Of a stretch of DNA of 10,090 nt, positions 7,012 to 10,090 are shown piece after piece. Each line of letters opens with the position of its first letter. Within the stretch, counting starts at the first letter, position 1. The position numbers and the translations under genes were made by a program. Under the pieces are notes generated by a model that saw only the letters and a program-made list of their open reading frames with translations, was not told the origin of the DNA and did not search any database. This DNA is from an uncultured Nitrososphaerota archaeon (GTDB lineage: Archaea > Korarchaeota > Korarchaeia > Korarchaeales > Korarchaeaceae), in the NCBI GenBank assembly GCA_964618805.1, contig CAZUBM010000042.1, positions 1-10,090 on the forward strand, given 5' to 3'.

Positions 7012-7782
7012 TCAAGCTTCTGGCATCTTCGTCTTTTTAGCTAAATCATCTTGATTAATCATATTTCTAAGCTTTTTCAGGCTAAGAGACATGTACTCAT
7101 CATCAAAGCAGATTACCTCCATGGTTACAGTTTTTAGCTTTGGGCATTTGAGCGCTTCCTTAATCAAAGGCTCAAAATTAGTGCTTCCCATTCCTAAAGG
7201 TAAGTGCAAATCCCACTCCTCAGAGCCCCCTCCAAAGTTATCATGAACATGGAGGTGAATTATTCTATTCGAAAACTCCATTATGAACTGGAGGATTTCA
7301 TCTTCAGGGAAGTATAAGTGAGCATGACCTACATCAAAGCACATATGGAGAGTCGGGAAGAATCGAAACACCTTTCTAAAGATACTTCTTGATTCTGACT
7401 TGTTCTCAATGGCAATAGGCATATCATAATCATCTGCGACCTTTAAGACTTCATTAAGTACCTTTTTCTTATGCCAAAGTGAGACCTGCTTTCCTCCAGA
7501 GAGATAAATCACGAATATCTTTCTGTATGAAGAAGAACTTGATATGGCCTCTAGAACTTCCTTCAATGCCTTGATCTCATGCCAACTATAAGTGATCTCA
7601 GGGAAATGAACAACAGGAAGGGGGATAACTCTCTCAATCTGCTCCATTTTATCAAGGAGTTCGTCTTCTTCAGGTAAAGGCCGAGTTAGGTTGAGTTCTA
7701 AATAGTCTGCACCCATGCTTTTGAATTTCAATGCTGTTTCCAACAGATCCGAATCAAGACCTGCTGGAACCCCTACCTTCAT
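7012..7782 (-). CDS. Sugar phosphate isomerase/epimerase / AP-endonuclease-2 family TIM-barrel metalloprotein
   Basis: Motifs DYLEL, VHFP, IAIEN, CFDVGHAH, IIHLHVHDNFG...DLHLPLGMG and TMEV are the metal-binding pattern of the xylose-isomerase-like TIM barrel. Confidence 0.9.
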   Translation of the reverse strand: MKVGVPAGLDSDLLETALKFKSMGADYLELNLTRPLPEEDELLDKMEQIERVIPLPVVHFPEITYSWHEIKALKEVLEAISSSSSYRKIFVIYLSGGKQVSLWHKKKVLNEVLKVADDYDMPIAIENKSESRSIFRKVFRFFPTLHMCFDVGHAHLYFPEDEILQFIMEFSNRIIHLHVHDNFGGGSEEWDLHLPLGMGSTNFEPLIKEALKCPKLKTVTMEVICFDDEYMSLSLKKLRNMINQDDLAKKTKMPEA

Positions 7783-7958
7783 ATCATCTAAGCAATTATC
7801 TTATTGCAATATATCAGCGTTTCGCGGAGTATCCTCAGCTTGATAGCCTGATGGGGCAGAAGGGCTTTTACATGTGGTTGGAGTTATTAGGATAAATTAT
7901 CGGACTTATTCGGCTCATAGATAAAGATTAATGAAGTGCCAAAAATAAACAATAATTG

Positions 7959-7965
7959 AAAAAAA
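7959..7965 (-). terminator. T7 tract downstream of the Lrp gene
   Basis: Minus-strand TTTTTTT starts 10 nt after the TAG stop at 7976. Confidence 0.5.
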
Positions 7966-7975
7966 CTATTTTGAG

Positions 7976-8485
7976 CTACTCTTTTTCTAGCTCTCTAACT
8001 CTTATTGGAAGTTCTATTTCCTTAGGAACCAGGGATGGCCTTTCCTCTACCGTTTCAAGGACCAGAGATGTAATTGTTTCTGTAACACCTGGTACAGAAT
8101 GTATCTTTGAAATTATGGTGTTCAGCTCATCACCATCTCCTGCCAAAACTTTAGCAATTACATCATAAATCCCAGTTATGGTGTATACCTCTAGGATGCT
8201 TGATCCAAGAATTTCTTTTATTTCTCTTGCGACGTCAGAGTGCTTTCCAGCCTGTGTCTTAATCATAATGATGTACTTGTAAGGCTTTCCCAGCTTAGAA
8301 TGATCAACTAGCGCCGTATATCCTGTGATTATGCCCGCATCTTCTAGCTTCTTTACCTTTTTCATCACTCCTGCAGGACTCATTCCCAATTTCTTAGCAA
8401 TTTCAGTGTAGGTTATCCTTCCGTTCTCCACAAGCATCTTTAGGACGTTTATCTCCTTCTCCCCTATGCCCCTCCTCCTCTGCAT
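7976..8485 (-). CDS. Lrp/AsnC family transcriptional regulator
   Basis: HTH L.ENGRITYTEIAKKLGMS...V..KVKKLEDAGII.GYTA.VD.SKLG plus RAM domain EVYTITGIYDVIAKV...I.SVPGV.ETITSLVL. SD GGTGA at 8490-8494. Confidence 0.96.
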   Translation of the reverse strand: MQRRRGIGEKEINVLKMLVENGRITYTEIAKKLGMSPAGVMKKVKKLEDAGIITGYTALVDHSKLGKPYKYIIMIKTQAGKHSDVAREIKEILGSSILEVYTITGIYDVIAKVLAGDGDELNTIISKIHSVPGVTETITSLVLETVEERPSLVPKEIELPIRVRELEKE

Positions 8486-8758
8486 CTTATCACCAAATTC
8501 GAGTGAATTATTAGAATAAATCGTTAAAAAATGTTGCTTTTAGAGATATAACGTAAGAATTGATTCAGATTTTTATACGCCTTCTTATCTGCTGAATAAG
8601 TCTCTAAAGGCATAAAATGTTATAGTGGAACTTAGTTTCAACTCTCATTGAAAATAACTTGAAAATGAACAAGCCAAGGCCTACTTGGGTTGAAAGATCG
8701 GAAATAATTAATCCGTTTATAATGAAGGCAATCTACCCTTCTATATGCTGTGTTAGAC

Positions 8759-9925
8759 TCATGAACCAAGCCTGTTTGCGAAAACGATCATAGCAATGAA
8801 TCCAATTAGGCTGGTAACTGTGCTATACATGAAAGCCTGCTTGGATCCAAGTACATCCCATAGAATGCCAAAGATAAGATTTGCCCCCATGCTGCAAAAT
8901 CCTACAACCATGTAGTAGAGTCCATATGCAGTACCCCTCAAATCAGATGGTCCAAACTTTGCAACAATTGCCCTTTGTACCGTTTCTATGATTCCTACAT
9001 AAGCTCCAAACAGCAAAGTCGCAATAAAAACAACCTTAATGCCGGACATAATGCTAAAAGCGAGCGATGCCATAGCGAACAAAAGGTAGCCCATTGATAT
9101 TGTCTTAGCACCTCCTATCTTATCGGATAAGACGCCCGCGGGAATTGCAACGATCGTATGCAAGAGGTTAATGCCTGCATAAACAAGAGGAATAGCCGTG
9201 TAGGGAATTCCTATCTGCCTAGACTTAACCAGAACGAAAGAAGGGCTATAAGCCCCAATTGAGAATAGAGCAACTGCTGCTAAGAAGTAGATAAACTCAG
9301 GCGTTAAGACAAGATTTATGTCTTTCATGATCCCTTCCGTATGCTTCCTAGAGACCTTCTTCTCTTCAACAAAGAATGTTAGTACAAAAAGAGCAGCTAA
9401 GCCCGGGATAAATGAGGAAAGAAATACGCCTCTTGTTCCAATGAAGGATAAGAGGAGAGCAGCGAGTCCTGGACCAAGTATTGCTCCCATCTGGTCTAGA
9501 GTTCTGTGGAGGCCGAATGCCTTGCCAAGAGATTTATCATCAACGGATTCAGCTAAAAGAGCATCCCTTGCCGATGTTCTCACGCCTTTACCAATTCTAT
9601 CAGTTACCCTTATTGCTAAGGCTTGAGTCCAGCTCCTGACAAAGGCAAATCCTGGCTTTGCAAAGTTTGAAATGGCATATCCTGCTAAAACAACAATCTT
9701 CCTGACACCAAGCTTGTCAGAAATGAGTCCAGATATTATCCTAAATAGGTAATTTAGGACGTCTGCAATCCCATCTATGAGGCCTAGAATGGCTTTTCCA
9801 GCACCAAGTTCTTCTACGATGAAGGTTGGAAGAAGTCCTATTATCATCTCTGTGGAGATGTCTGTAAAGAAACTTACAAATCCCAAAGCAAAGACGTTCC
9901 GAAGTCCTTTCTTTCCTTTTTCCAT
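8759..9925 (-). CDS. Major facilitator superfamily transporter
   Basis: 12-TM pattern with motif A GLISDKLGVRK and GVLSDKIG, and DRIGKGVRTSARDALLA...GKAFGLHRTLDQMGAILGP. ATG 9925 follows SD GGGTGA (9931-9936), which contains the track's GTG 9934. Confidence 0.95.
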   Translation of the reverse strand: MEKGKKGLRNVFALGFVSFFTDISTEMIIGLLPTFIVEELGAGKAILGLIDGIADVLNYLFRIISGLISDKLGVRKIVVLAGYAISNFAKPGFAFVRSWTQALAIRVTDRIGKGVRTSARDALLAESVDDKSLGKAFGLHRTLDQMGAILGPGLAALLLSFIGTRGVFLSSFIPGLAALFVLTFFVEEKKVSRKHTEGIMKDINLVLTPEFIYFLAAVALFSIGAYSPSFVLVKSRQIGIPYTAIPLVYAGINLLHTIVAIPAGVLSDKIGGAKTISMGYLLFAMASLAFSIMSGIKVVFIATLLFGAYVGIIETVQRAIVAKFGPSDLRGTAYGLYYMVVGFCSMGANLIFGILWDVLGSKQAFMYSTVTSLIGFIAMIVFANRLGS

Positions 9926-9957
9926 CTCGATCACCCTTAAATGATATCGTATAAAAG

Positions 9958-10090
9958 TTGTCTTTGGAAAAGCGGGGCTATCTTAGCGAGAATGATGCTG
10001 ACTATGCAGTGGTGGGGGAAGGCTCCGTTTGGAAAAGGGAAGTAGTAGGCGTCAGGATTGGGCATAATGGTAAGCTTAGATTTGTCCTGA
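9958..10090 (+). CDS. 5' end of a hypothetical protein divergent from the MFS gene; runs off the right edge
   Basis: Stop-free frame from TTG 9958 (or TTG 9964): (M)SLEKRGYLSENDADYAVVGEGSVWKREVVGVRIGHNGKLRFVL. Composition is protein-like and a TATA-like CTTAAA lies at 9936-9941. Confidence 0.55.
   Translation, partial: MSLEKRGYLSENDADYAVVGEGSVWKREVVGVRIGHNGKLRFVL

Noticed and set aside
8635-8696. CRISPR array
   Set aside because: No full-length direct repeats with regular spacers and no cas genes in the window.
7956-9626. Plus-strand ORFs 7956-8168 and 9318-9626
   Set aside because: Antisense shadows of the Lrp and MFS genes.
1-10090. tRNA, rRNA, IS element, integrase or defence system
   Set aside because: No cloverleaf/T-loop signature, terminal inverted repeats, transposase or defence-domain motifs recognised.

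Overview
Archaeal chromosomal window, probably from a thermophile (archaeal TATA boxes, GGAGG/GGTGA Shine-Dalgarno sites, archaeal-type Hsp20 and CDC48). The left end is a minus-strand heat-shock cluster: a Phr/HSR1-like (COG1777) winged-helix repressor, hsp20 and a partial cdc48/VAT. A candidate HSR1-type operator lies next to the hsp20 TATA box. Next come a probable small gene frameshifted by a 4-bp duplication, a stand-alone encapsulated-ferritin-like (Flp/EncFtn) gene with no encapsulin or targeting tail, and a Trm112-like Zn-domain/class I SAM methyltransferase fusion. These are followed by a GT-C-type membrane glycosyltransferase, a nitroreductase, an EamA/DMT transporter, a TIM-barrel metallo-isomerase/endonuclease-family protein, an Lrp/AsnC regulator, an MFS transporter and the start of an unknown divergent ORF. 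I saw no tRNA, rRNA, CRISPR array or mobile element. Most of this is ordinary housekeeping and stress content, and I cannot support a clearly novel multi-gene system. All family calls come from motif recognition, not database searches.
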